Origin: Branchiostoma floridae | Lineage: Eukaryota | Direction: 5' to 3' | NCBI RefSeq assembly: GCF_015852565.1 | Contig: NC_136205.1 | Location: forward strand, 3,002,707 to 3,066,706 | Length of the DNA stretch: 64,000 bases | Shown: positions 35,504-46,422 of the stretch, piece after piece | Layout of the letters: the number at the start of each line of letters is the position of its first letter | How positions within the stretch are numbered: the first letter of the stretch is position 1 | The notes under the pieces: generated by a model | What the model was told of the DNA's origin: nothing | Databases searched by the model: none | Seen by the model: the letters and a program-made list of their open reading frames with translations, nothing else | Program-made: the position numbers and the translations under genes

Positions 35504-35598
35504 CTTCAGTGAGACCGGAAGTGTACACCAAGACGTTTAACGCTGGAGAGGAGATCGAACTCAAGATGAACGAGTTTTCTACCCCGTCAGGAGCATCG
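35504..35598 (+). CDS. EGF-kringle membrane protein, exon 4 (SVRPEVYTKTFNAGEEIELKMNEFSTPSGAS), Ig-like domain
   Basis: Acceptor tttctacAG and donor GTGAGT. Confidence 0.7.
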
Positions 35599-35993
35599 GT
35601 GAGTTACAGGCCTACTATATAACATTCTCCTTCCTGCAAGATACCTTGGGAATGCTATTCTATTCCGGGCTGAGGTTTCCACTTCTGTGGGCGTTGTCTC
35701 TAACCAACTGTCATTCAGAACGACAGTCGTCTATATGTTTTCTTTGGGTTAAAGCAATTCTTTGATTGGTTGACAGCTGGCAACGCCCTAAAAAGTGGAA
35801 ATCTCAGCCCAGTTTAGCAGGTCCTCCCCAAGATATATTGTATAGTCCGAAGGCGAGATTCTGCATAGGATAATGATCCATAATGTCTTTTGTTGCCAAT
35901 ATAAACAAGTAAACAGCTACAATTAAATGATACAACAACGTTGGACTGTACACACTAAAGAAAACCTTTTCAACTTTAATCTTTCTCCTTCAG

Positions 35994-36147
35994 TTATCCT
36001 GGGACTTTAATGGAGAACCACTGGTGAACGGTTTCGCCAGCAGCGAAGTCAACCTGCGATCAGCCACTTCTGCCGAGTCTGGAACCTACCACTGCTACCA
36101 CGAGGGGTACAAGGAGAAGGGTGCGCTAACCAGGGTCATCGTCAGAG
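35994..36147 (+). CDS. EGF-kringle membrane protein, exon 5 (LSWDFNGEPLVNGFASSEVNLRSATSAESGTYHCYHEGYKEKGALTRVIVR), Ig-like domain C-terminal half with the GTYHC motif
   Basis: Acceptor ctccttcAG and donor G|GTAAAT. Confidence 0.75.
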
Positions 36148-36514
36148 GTAAATTATACATTTTAGTTAAGATAACAGCCAATCCAATCAGTAGATAGAAA
36201 AATGATAGCTTTTTGGCGACGCCTCTGCTGCGGTGGCATTATAAGATCAAAATGATAAAAATTACGTCATTACGCCTAATAGCAATTACGCCAAGTAGCA
36301 ATTACTCAAGCTATTTGGACACTTCAAAATTTTAAAGTCATATCCAGTTGCTTGAGTAACTGCTATCTGGTATCTTATTACCTAGATAACCCTCATCGAC
36401 GTATTTGCATTGTTTTGATTACCAGAAAAGTTATTTATATTTCTTTCATTATTTATTGAAATTCTATTATAATTTGTTGGTCAAAGATACTTATACTTGT
36501 TGCTATTTTATCAG

Positions 36515-36646
36515 ACTGTGCGGCTGGAAAGTGGGGTCCTGGGTGTTTCCTGGACTGTAGCGAGTGTTACAACGGCGGCTGGTGTGACGACAAGACTGGC
36601 CAGTGCGTGTGTCCGCCTGGGTTCTACGGAGAAACTTGTGACATCG
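36515..36646 (+). CDS. EGF-kringle membrane protein, exon 6: Tie/MEGF (laminin)-type EGF 1 (DCAAGKWGPGCFLDCSECYNGGWCDDKTGQCVCPPGFYGETCDI)
   Basis: 8-Cys EGF signature. Acceptor ttttatcAG and donor G|GTAAGC. Confidence 0.85.
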
Positions 36647-37380
36647 GTAAGCTTTGACATCACGTGCTCTCAAAATGTAGTGATAGACATTTTAGCTAAC
36701 CCACGTAGTAGTAGTAGGTTCTTTTTTTTCAAGTTAAGTGAATTTGACTTGTTAACTACATGCGCAGCATAAAAGCCGTTTGCCTTATTTCCAACGGTGT
36801 CATAAGGTAGTATCACACGCTGGGAAATAAGTGTAGCCGGCATAAAATTTTTCATTATTCTCGTGCATAATGGACACTCATTGGCCGGCTACACTTTTAC
36901 TATCTTATGCCACCGGTAAATCCGCCTGGAGTTTTCCGTTTGTCTAATTCAGTGTATCTATCCGAATCACCCTGCACAAGTGGCATTGCTAAAGGGTCAA
37001 TGGGTACTAGTATAACTTGTTTTGGCCAATAGCTTTGGTTTTGTTTTGGACAATAACTTTTCTAATGGTGTTGTTCTACCATAGTGTACTATGTAAACAT
37101 GATTTACATTTGAGTGTCATTTGTATACGATGCTTAGGAGTTATTGAATCGGCATGTATAGTTAAACCAGAATTTCTAGTATAGTTGTACTTGTATTGAA
37201 TTGTTCTACCAGTCCATTCTGGTGACGCTGAAGAAGAGTGATGGATGTCACTCGAAACGTCCGAAAGTAAATATTCGGTTTTTAATCCAGTTCTAGAGAT
37301 TGAACTGTATTTGAATGTTGTTTAGCTGGATGTCTAACCTTCATAAAAGTAACCTGAAATGTTGTGTGATTTCTCGACAG

Positions 37381-37533
37381 CTTGCGGACCGGGCAGGTTT
37401 GGTTACGAGTGCCGGAAGGCCTGTGATGACATCACGGAGGACGTGACAGCCTGCATGGGGAAACTGTTCTGTGTGCCTGATCCGTTCGGCTGTGCCTGTA
37501 TTCCTGGGTTCACTGGAATAGGCTGTAACGAAC
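37381..37533 (+). CDS. EGF-kringle membrane protein, exon 7: Tie-type EGF 2 (ACGPGRFGYECRKACDDITEDVTACMGKLFCVPDPFGCACIPGFTGIGCNE)
   Basis: Acceptor tcgacAG and donor C|GTAAGT. Confidence 0.85.
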
Positions 37534-37981
37534 GTAAGTCCTGGTCACAGACCAGTGCCAATAGTTTTACCAGCTGTTTTAATGGCTAAATGATTGGCAG
37601 CTTTTTGATACTTCATCAATGCAATTTGATGATTGGTTGAAGTAAAAGAAATAGCTTGTATCATTTTCACGTAGGACGTCAAAATTTGCCAACTTTTCTC
37701 CACGAAAATTCAAATTGCAAAGCTTTAAACACTGTACGGAACAACTTGGTTTTCATCAGTCTTAACCTAAAGAATGATTATGGTGGACATGGCTGCAGAT
37801 GATGCTTATCTGGATGAGTAATCTTCATGAACTAAAAGCTTGCCTTCAGAAAGATTGACATTTCTTTAATTTCTTTTGTACATGTCTTTACTAATGAAAT
37901 CTTTGTACTTTTAGTCAGTTATTAGCTATACTCTATCACATTTACCCTTTAGCTTTATAATTATTTGTTATCACACATTAG

Positions 37982-38116
37982 CATGCCCAAGAGGTACCTA
38001 CGGCGCCAGTTGTACCCAGACCTGCCGCTGTAGACTGAACCTGCCCTGTGACGCCATCACAGGGGAATGTCCCAGTGGGTGCGCGGATGGATACATGGGA
38101 CCCTCGTGCCAAAAAG
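37982..38116 (+). CDS. EGF-kringle membrane protein, exon 8: Tie-type EGF 3 (PCPRGTYGASCTQTCRCRLNLPCDAITGECPSGCADGYMGPSCQK)
   Basis: Acceptor cacattAG and donor G|GTGACA. Confidence 0.8.
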
Positions 38117-38606
38117 GTGACAAAAACTATGCCGCTTACAAAAAAAAACATGAGAAGAAAATCAAAATATGTACACAGTAAGGGTTATCTTCTAGATTTA
38201 TCTATAGGATGGAATGTATTGAATTGTTTTGAACAAGCAGCAAGCAAGCCGTCCACCTTTTGAACAGCTTTGTGCGTTTATCTCTAAGCAGATCTTGTGG
38301 CATAAGATAGTGTCATAAGCTTGGGAAGGAATTTAACCGGCAAAGTGAGTTAATTGGCCATTGCGAAGCAAATCTTACGGTGGTATAAGATGGTTAGTAT
38401 CATCAGCTGGGGATGGAGTTAAGCAGATCTTCGCGGTGGCCAATTAACTCCCCTTTGTCGGGTAAGCTTCTTCCCCAGATTATGATACTATCTTTAATAT
38501 GCCACCACAAAATCTGCTTGGAGATTACGTTTATCATCACTCAGTCACTTACGGCCCATAACCACATCATGTCGTGACGTTGAAAATAATACCCCCTCCC
38601 CCCCAG

Positions 38607-38740
38607 CTTGCATGGTGGACAATGGTGTGACGTACCAAGGCCCAGTCTCCACCACAGAGAGCGGCTACACCTGCCAGAGGTGGGACTCCCAGAACCCCTG
38701 GCAACATGGCTTCAATGTCGACCGGACTCCAATGCTTCAA
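38607..38740 (+). CDS. EGF-kringle membrane protein, exon 9: kringle N-terminal half (ACMVDNGVTYQGPVSTTESGYTCQRWDSQNPWQHGFNVDRTPMLQ)
   Basis: Kringle consensus C..NG..YRG..S.T.SG..CQ.W.S..PH. Acceptor cccccAG and donor GTAAGT. Confidence 0.85.
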
Positions 38741-39159
38741 GTAAGTTAAATTTTTTTTTGCAACGCCTCAGGGACGGAGTCATCCTATAGATCATTGAGT
38801 CTCTAGTTTTGATTTTCTTCCATTTGGTTGCGTACCGCTATGCATTATTTGTACACGGTGAAATCCATTATTGAAATTAAATCGAAAGTTTCTTGCAAAT
38901 TCTTGCCCGTTAGCTAATTGAACGTAGCACGAAAGGGTACAGACAAGACAGTGTATTACAACATAGCCTGTCAATACTCTTGTCTAAAAGCTGACCGTAG
39001 ATTCAATGAAAGGTTAAAAGAACCAAAATCTTAATTACCTACATGAAGAAAATAGAAATCAGCTTTTAAGCATTACTTTACATCTTGGTACAAATGAATA
39101 GATGTATGATAAATAGGTACTTTTTGTAATACGTTCTGGTGTGGTTTTACATTTCATAG

Positions 39160-39256
39160 GAAAACTACTGCCGTAACCCTGACAACGAGCCACGCCCATG
39201 GTGCTACACGACCAGTTTCGCCAAACGATGGGAGTACTGTAACATCGACCGATGTG
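39160..39256 (+). CDS. EGF-kringle membrane protein, exon 10: kringle C-terminal half ([32 protein letters not shown])
   Basis: Canonical NYCRNPD....PWCYT....W..C.I..C. Acceptor tttcatAG and donor G|GTAAGA. Confidence 0.9.
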
Positions 39257-39726
39257 GTAAGAACTCATTTTTCTGTAAACACACAGTATATCTTGACATA
39301 CTGTCTATTCGTTGCAATCGGTGCAATGGCCGGATGAGTAGAGTGTCGTGAGTTTGATCCCGACCGTGTCATACCAAAGACTATAAAGAATTGGTACATG
39401 TAGCTCTCTCTTCTTATCACTCAAGTTGAACATGATTAGACTCTGTCAACCTTACGTGCATACGAACAGCACTTATATATCGCACATGTAATATTGTTGT
39501 CAGCTTCTATATTGAAAGTTTTATTCCTTCAAATGTTCAACTGTTTTTGAAGCTATTCTTTATTCGCTCATGACGTCATCTAACTTCCGACTTCCGGAAC
39601 GTCAGTGAATCAACATCTGATGAAGGTCGGCGAGATCGACTGAAAATTCACTGTGAGTGTCCCCCTTTTGTTGAAAGAAAGCTATTAAACTTTGTAACTT
39701 GATGTGTTTTTCTTTCATTTTTTCAG

Positions 39727-39852
39727 AGGACGTTGACAACTGCAGCCCAGAAACCTGTCAAAATGGCGGCAGCTGTCGGAACGGCTTTCAAACCTTCCTG
39801 TGTGTCTGTCCCAGGGGATACATCGGGGTCAACTGTGAGACAGGTCAGTATG
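39727..39852 (+). CDS. EGF-kringle membrane protein, exon 11: EGF (EDVDNCSPETCQNGGSCRNGFQTFLCVCPRGYIGVNCET)
   Basis: Acceptor ttttttcAG and donor G|GTCAGT. Confidence 0.85.
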
Positions 39853-39892
39853 ACGTAACGGAAGTGACGTCACAGTCATGACATCTGTAACA

Positions 39893-40275
39893 GACCTTTT
39901 TCACACTTCCCATAATACATTGCGACAGGGTTCCGGATATGGATGTTGACTGGGATGTACCACCCTTGCCCAGGGTGCGAAACCAGGGTGAAAACAGCTA
40001 AAACCTTCAGTACGAGGGCGGCAAAGCATATAAACTAATGATTTGTCTTGCAAATATAGTTACAGTGCACGGGACATGGTAAAAATCACTTTCTGACAAC
40101 AAAGAACAAAGGCTGCAGACGAAACGCAAGTCGTGACCCATGCTTTGCCGCCCTCGTACTGAAGGTTTTAGCTGGTTTCACCCTGGTTTCGCACCCTGAG
40201 CAAGGGTGGTACATCCCAGTCAGCATGCATATCCGGAACCCTGTCGCAATGTATTATGGGAAGTGTGAAAACGGT
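39893..40275. mobile_element. MITE/long inverted repeat (~180 bp arms) in an EGF-kringle gene intron
   Basis: 39893-40070 is the reverse complement of 40100-40275 (TTTTCACACTTCCCATAATACATTGCGACAGGGTTCCGGATATGGATG...). Confidence 0.75.
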
Positions 40276-40489
40276 CTACAGCAAACTATTTTAGAGGAAA
40301 TTTTATCCGGTTTTGAATCTTTCGAAGCTGTTCTCTTTTAGCATATTAAAATAATTGTCTCAGTCTTTTCCAAGTGCAGTCCGTTAGTACTAATGTCACG
40401 TGACTAATATTGGCCAATTATATACTAGTAGCTCGTTTTAACCATGTCTTCCAATAATGTTTATTCGTTTGTTTTCTTGTTTTGTTCAG

Positions 40490-40603
40490 ATATTGATGAA
40501 TGCGATTCGGACCCGTGTCAAAATGGCGGAACTTGTGTTGACAATGTGGGCTTCTATGAATGCCAGTGCTTGGAGGGATTCTATGGACAGAACTGTGAAG
40601 AAG
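40490..40603 (+). CDS. EGF-kringle membrane protein, exon 12: cbEGF (DIDECDSDPCQNGGTCVDNVGFYECQCLEGFYGQNCEE)
   Basis: D-I-D-E-C calcium-binding EGF signature. Acceptor ttgttcAG and donor G|GTTTGT. Confidence 0.85.
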
Positions 40604-41114
40604 GTTTGTAAAAAAAGCAAACATCAAACCCTTTTATCGCATGTAATTGTCATCGGATTAGAGTAAGGCATGAGAAGAAAGTACCATTCTTAAAAATATC
40701 ACACAAGGAAGATCCAAACTGATCAGAGTGACCACTTTTCTACATCTTTATTGTAGTGAATATTGCACATATGAAGCACTGAGGGCACATGTATCTTGAA
40801 TACTAGTATGAGAGTTGGTACAAAGTAAATTGATATCTGAAAACATATGAAGACCAACACATGTATTGGGGCGGTCACAAATTCTTCATAGGTCGTCGTA
40901 CGATTTGGATTTCGTAAATAAAACTGTGACATGATAAACTACCGAAAAGGATGTAAGGAAGTTTTTTTTTTTCGTAAGAAGACTTTTACTGTACTTTTGT
41001 AAGACATATGAACGGCCATCAACAGAAGGTCCTCAGTTCGATATCATAAGACGATCGTGCGACGAATGACGTAAGTCGTTGACCTTTAACCTGTTCATGT
41101 CCCTGTCTCCATAG

Positions 41115-41228
41115 AAACGAACGAATGCCTGTCTGAGCCGTGCGAGAATGGAGGCACGTGTCTGAACACGGACGAAGGGCTCAAGTGCGCATGCGTGGAC
41201 GGCTTTACTGGAACCTTTTGTGAAACAG
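41115..41228 (+). CDS. EGF-kringle membrane protein, exon 13: EGF (ETNECLSEPCENGGTCLNTDEGLKCACVDGFTGTFCET)
   Basis: Acceptor tctccatAG and donor G|GTGAGC. Confidence 0.85.
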
Positions 41229-41678
41229 GTGAGCGTATTTAGAATTTTTTTCCATTCTTTTTCACCAGCTTCAATGCCCAAGCACATTTGTCACTAGCGG
41301 CTGGATGGCAAACCTTGACCTACCAAACGTGACCTGGAAATGCAAATATGGTCAAATGCATTCATAAATAACTTAACTTCACATGTTTGTAATGAAAATG
41401 CAATTTCTTTGCCCCCTATTTAGCTGGTAAAAGATCAATGACAATAATTATTTGCAAGTTGCCTTACTGTCCGTGAAGCTTTGAAGAAGCCTGCGAAACA
41501 TAGCAAGATATATTCTGACCCAGCACAGTAGAAGAAGAATACAAAAGAAACACTACTTTTAACTTTGTGATTAAATACAGCTTTGCAATCAACTGCCCAA
41601 CCTACAATCAACTACCAACAACATAATTTTTGCATCCCTAAAGATATGCTGATGCGTTCTTTCAATCTTCTTATCCAG

Positions 41679-41798
41679 AAATCGACGAGTGTTTGTCCGA
41701 CCCTTGCATGAACGGGGGCACGTGTTACGACTTCATGAACTACTACGTCTGTGACTGTAGGTTTGGATTCGCTGGGGACCATTGCGAGGACGAGCTCG
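41679..41798 (+). CDS. EGF-kringle membrane protein, exon 14: cbEGF (EIDECLSDPCMNGGTCYDFMNYYVCDCRFGFAGDHCEDEL)
   Basis: Acceptor ttatccAG and donor G|GTAAGA. Confidence 0.85.
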
Positions 41799-41949
41799 GT
41801 AAGATTTGCATATCGAATTTGCATAAATGGGAATCGTTTTGTTGCATACATGATAATTTGACATTCTTTCCGTCGAAGGGTGTTGTCCCGAAAAACATTC
41901 CTGTATTCATTTGTCAAAGAATCAAAAGCACCGCGAATATTTTTCCATA

Positions 41950-42060
41950 ACAGTAAGAGACTACAGTGCATCGTGCTACCACGAAATTAAAACCACCGCG
42001 AAAAGTCCATTTTCCCGTTACCGCGAAATTAAATCCCCGCGAACTTAAATGCATTTACAG
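41950..42060. repeat. Dispersed repeat (...CCACCGCGAAAAGTCCATTTTCCCGTTACCGCGAAATTAAATCCCCGCGAACTTAAATGCATTTAC)
   Basis: A reverse-complement copy lies at 63840-63965 at the window end. Confidence 0.7.
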
Positions 42061-42340
42061 TACTTTGTAGAATACCATTGCCAGAATGCTGCCCATGAAG
42101 AATTCAATATTCCTTTGTCAGCATTTTATTTAAAAAGCATCATAAGCCTACAATAAATCTCTACCCCTAAGACGTTGTCAGAATTTTTCGTCTATTGCAG
42201 AAATAGACTACTGGCTAGAATACCATTGCCAGAATGCTGCCCATAAAGAATTCAATATTCCATGTCAGCATTTCTTTTAAAAAGTGAACCCTTAAGGCGT
42301 CACCAGAATTATGTATCTAAAAAAATATTTCGTATTTTGC
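42040..42340 (+). repeat. Tandem ~150 bp duplication in the intron upstream of exon 15. It carries two decayed copies of the exon-15 acceptor plus exon start (GCAGAAATAGACTACTGGCTAGAATACCATTGCCAGAATGCTGCCC...).
   Basis: Copies at about 42048-42130 and 42195-42275 resemble the authentic 42335-42400 (gcAGAAATAGACTACTGTCTGCAAAACCAGTGCCAGAACTCTGCCCGC). Confidence 0.75.
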
Positions 42341-42342
42341 AG

Positions 42343-42456
42343 AAATAGACTACTGTCTGCAAAACCAGTGCCAGAACTCTGCCCGCTGTGTCAGTGGTAA
42401 CAGGAGCTACATGTGCCTGTGTTCCATTGAATACACCGGCGACTACTGCGAGCAAA
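42343..42456 (+). CDS. EGF-kringle membrane protein, exon 15: EGF (EIDYCLQNQCQNSARCVSGNRSYMCLCSIEYTGDYCEQ)
   Basis: Acceptor tattttgcAG and donor A|GTAAGT. Confidence 0.8.
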
Positions 42457-42894
42457 GTAAGTCTTAATAAATCTGTTTTATTATTTTTTTTGCAGAAAAA
42501 TGGCTATGACGTGTGGTTTCATGATTTTACATGCAATTACAGCTTTATGAGTGTACCCACATTAGTGCAAAAATGCAAAGTTATACGCCAAGATCCCCTT
42601 GTGATACGACTTTTTGATCTACTGTATGGGGACATTTTTCAGTTTTGAAGTTGCAGTATTCTCTCTATTGTGGCAGCTTTACAATACCTCAAACCAATTT
42701 TCAGATCGGAAAGGAAAAACATACGCCGCGAAATACACCTCGCTATTGTAAGCTTGGCTGTAGTTTTGATTCCGGATGTTTGGATTTAGTATCAGTGTGG
42801 ATGTTTTGTTGATAAATTCTTGAATAAGGTGCTTCATTAAGTTTCTAAAAGTAGGCTCAGGGTATGCTCTATGTTTCCTTTAACTGTACTGTAG

Positions 42895-43110
42895 TGGCGA
42901 TAGTGTGGAGTAATTGGTAGCGCATTCGAATCGGTGCAAAAGGTTCCGAGTTCGATACCCCCCATGCCCACACGTTGTGCTCTAGGGAAAGGCACTTTAC
43001 ACGACTTTCCCTGACGGTGGAGTGATGCCCACCGAGCCTCTACTCACTATGGATTTGGTGCGTCAAGGTGCCAACATCTGCTTGTTGGACTCCCTCCGAG
43101 AGCCGTTAAA
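42895..43110. mobile_element. tRNA-derived SINE copy (GGTTCCGAGTTCGATACCCC...GGCACTTTACACGACTTTCCCTGACGGTGGAGTGATG...)
   Basis: Same family as the copies at 3285 and 53690. Sits in an intron of the EGF-kringle gene. Confidence 0.65.
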
Positions 43111-43306
43111 TCTATTAATTTTTATTACTGTACTGTAGTATTTATCTCATCTCATGTTAAATTTAAGCTTATTATCGTGTATTGTTTTATCACATTTTGT
43201 TTCATATCGTTTACTTCCCTTTATTTCAAGATTTAGTTTAGTACAATTCTTCCGTTATTCTGTATTGTTTTATCACATTTTATTTTTTTTTCGTTTCATT
43301 TGAAGA

Positions 43307-43529
43307 TTTGGCGGACTTTGAAAAAATTCCAACCGCCAACATAATCGCAGCTGCCATCGCGTCCATAGTTGTGATCGCCGCGATCGCGCTGGGGGCGTAC
43401 CTGTACATCAAGTCGTACGAGGCACAGCGCGTCATCCCTCTAAAGAAGAAAGACACGCCGTTGGTTAACGCAGAGGAAGGGAAAGAGGCGAAAAAGAAGG
43501 GGTCACATCTTTCAGAAAGCACGGTGTGA
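43307..43529 (+). CDS. EGF-kringle membrane protein, terminal exon: juxtamembrane segment, TM helix (IIAAAIASIVVIAAIALGAYLYI) and a 45-aa basic cytoplasmic tail ending in a stop
   Basis: Acceptor tcatttgaAG. A 23-residue hydrophobic helix followed by KSYEAQR...KKKGSHLSESTV*. There is no kinase or other cytoplasmic domain. Confidence 0.8.
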
Positions 43530-45583
43530 GATGGATCATCGGGAGTGGAGATAGATAGATATAAATGTATTCAGGGCGGACATAAGTATAGTTTTTTTGG
43601 GGTGAAAACGAAAATGTACTATTAGGCTCGCCCCTGAGGCGTCGCCAAAAATACTCTGAAAAGAGTAGCGCAGAAAAAGTTACTTTAACTTTAAGGCAAA
43701 AGGGCAAACTAGAAATTAGCAACAACAGTTTGAAAATGTTGCACCTACAATATCACTGAACTAATACTGGTTATCACTCTTTGTTCTCTTTAATGTCTTA
43801 AGCTTTTTTTTCTTTTTTAAATCTACGTGTTTATATGTCATTAAGAGGGAGATGCCTAGTGCATACAAAGAAAACTCCACCCCAAAAAGAATAGTAAAAA
43901 AAGTATCAATTTCTAGACATTACAAAATCACGACGAAGGCATGCATTTTGTAAAACTTTGGCATCTGCCAGATCGTATATATAATCTAAGAAAACGAAGA
44001 AAAAAAGACGAAAAAAAAACAAAAGTATATACTATTAGATCCAGTAGACCTATTTCTTTATTTTTTTTCATCATTAGGCTCTTCCTGGACCATTGTGGTA
44101 AAACATATACGTAGCCAGTCTAAATTCCACAACATGTATTACAATTAGTAAAAATCACTAAGCCTGATTAAGTCAAGCTGACCACAATAGCTCTAGACAG
44201 GACAGATATTATTTGTCTTATTGACATGTCATCATGAATCTGACATTTGCTGGCAAGTGCTTTCAACACCCGGCGTTAGAAAAATACCTTCTTATTGTTA
44301 TTATTATTATAATTAGAATTTAAATTTAGATTTTATCCATAACATACTAGTGGTTATAACCATTATATGTTCTAGTGATGCATTGTGTTTCTGAAGTAGG
44401 AAAGAAAATTACTGAAGATAATTGATGTTGTCTCCTCAGCCAGTCCACATTTGAGATAAGATTATTTACTTGGTACGGAATATTCTAATATGGTGAAAAT
44501 GTAAGGAGCATGTATGTTTTCTTTGCAGTTATGCTGTTACTAATGAATACAAGTTACATAGACCTTTCTACCAGTATGCTAAATGTGTTTAAAAAGAGAA
44601 AAAGAAACGATGATAATAGCTTAATAAGGATGAACTATGTCGCAAAATACATTTGAATAGGTCTTAATATAGATGACATATTTAGTTAATTATATTTTCA
44701 TATATTTCTTTCTCATGATAGAGTAAGATGTCTTTCTATTAACTTTTCTCTAGGCAATAGAGACATACAAAATATTTAAAAAAAGTAACAGTTAGGAACG
44801 TCACTAGAAGTTAACATTTGAAATGCCTAATTTAAAGCTGAACAGCTGTAAATCTGTATCATGAATGTCCGTTTTTAAGCAATACTTGAACTTCTTGAAC
44901 TACATACGTGAAGTCTTAGAACAACACGTTTGATAACATCAATTAGCGTAATGACAAAGGATCTTCACTACTTTTATTACTCTAAATTTTGACCAATCAA
45001 GGACTACTCAAATCACACGTCATGTCTGCCTTTCTGTACTATTGGCTGTCGTGAAAATTACTTTATTTACTAATAGATAGAGCAACTTGCTTTCAGACTA
45101 TGATTTTCTCAATATTGAATATTTTTGAAAGATTTTTCCTTTCTTTCCTAAAGGTAATTCCAACTTACAGATATTTTTTGCACAAAGTTATGTTAGCAAC
45201 GATTTGCAAAAAACTAACACCGTTATTGTCTTTCAAAGTGCAATTCATAGAAAAAACAATAGCAACACCATATTGCATTTTGTCTTCTACAATCGCTATG
45301 ACACATTCATTCACTATACGCCTGGTATTTAGCCACGGTCATGTATCTTTCTTTACTGTAGTTTTTCTTGCTACGCTGTTGTAAGAGCAATTCTATGTTC
45401 ACATCTACAGCCTTCATTCTTGTATTCAAGTCTCGTTGATGAAATAAACATCTAACCTTTTTGATGCGTTGTCCTGACTGTTTGACTGAGCAGTTATGAA
45501 TATTAGTGAAGGATGTTCTGTTTCCGGAATTCCAGTGAAAATCAAGTATGTCCGAGAATAATGTTGTTCTCTCTTTAGTTGTC

Positions 45584-46422
45584 TCACATATATACCAGTT
45601 GGCGTGGAAAGATGGTCACAGTACGGAGCTGTACGTTCGCCACCACCAACTGTCCGTCCGGCCCCATGGCAACACCAGCTGGGTTGGTAATGTTCGCGAG
45701 GGTGCGGACAAAATCCCCACGGCTTGTATACATGTCAACCGCCTCTGGTTGCAATTTCGTCACAATGATGCGACCCAAAGTGTCCAAGCAAATACCTCGT
45801 GGAATACCCGACCGTCCTTCTAGTCCAAGTGTCCTGAATGTGACTAGCCTTGCCCCGTAGCGGTTGTAGACCTGGATTTTATTCGCGGTCGATACCAAGA
45901 TGTTTCCCTCGCTGTCTGTGGTTACATATGACACGGGGAACTTTCGTCTCTCCTCAAATTTCAGATGAAGCGAGCCGTTCGACTGGTAGATCAGAACTCC
46001 ACGCATGCTGGTCACGATGACTTTGTGGTCAGTCACGCCAACTGCAATGCCAGGATTCACGGACACGAAGTTGACGTCAAACGTGAACAGAGGCTGCCCA
46101 TTGCGTCTGTACTGCACCACATGTGCTTTAACATTAATATTCTTCCTCTTCCCCACTACCCACAAATGCCCCTCTCCGTCCACGGCGACATCGCTTGGTT
46201 GCATTTTCTTCACCGCGACCCCAGGGACGATTGTTCGGAAGAAGCGGCGATAGGCTCCGCTTATGTTGTAGACATGGACCCTTCTCTTCTGGAAATCAGT
46301 CACGAAGATCTCGTTGTCAGCAGAGACAGCCACTCCACGGTGACTTCGAATTTGGTTTAGTGAGCCTCCTCCCGTCCCAACCGGGACAACCATCAGTGTT
46401 CGGTCATTAATGTCATGGGAAC
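45584..46422 (-). CDS. NPxY/NHL gene copy A, NHL-repeat beta-propeller exon (six NHL repeats, ...FVTDFQKRRVHVYN...GHLWVVGKR...VIVTSM...GNILVST...RIIVT...GQLVVAN...). Terminal exon.
   Basis: Acceptor tttcactgcAG at 46424-23 (phase 1). 269+ aa are open to the stop. NHL signatures match the TRIM-NHL/teneurin-type propeller. Confidence 0.8.

Noticed and set aside
42895-42975. Possible tRNA genes at the SINE heads (3285-3360, 42895-42975, 53690-53760), which have box-A/box-B-like GGTTCGA.NCC motifs.
   Set aside because: The sequences do not fold into an obvious cloverleaf with anticodon. They continue into a shared ~130 nt SINE body, so they are called tRNA-derived SINEs instead.
45965-46360. Plus-strand ORFs inside the minus-strand NHL exon, and the mirror minus-strand ORFs inside the plus-strand NHL exon (61652-62086).
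   Set aside because: Antisense shadows of the NHL coding sequence. The NHL frame is the one with recognisable repeats.
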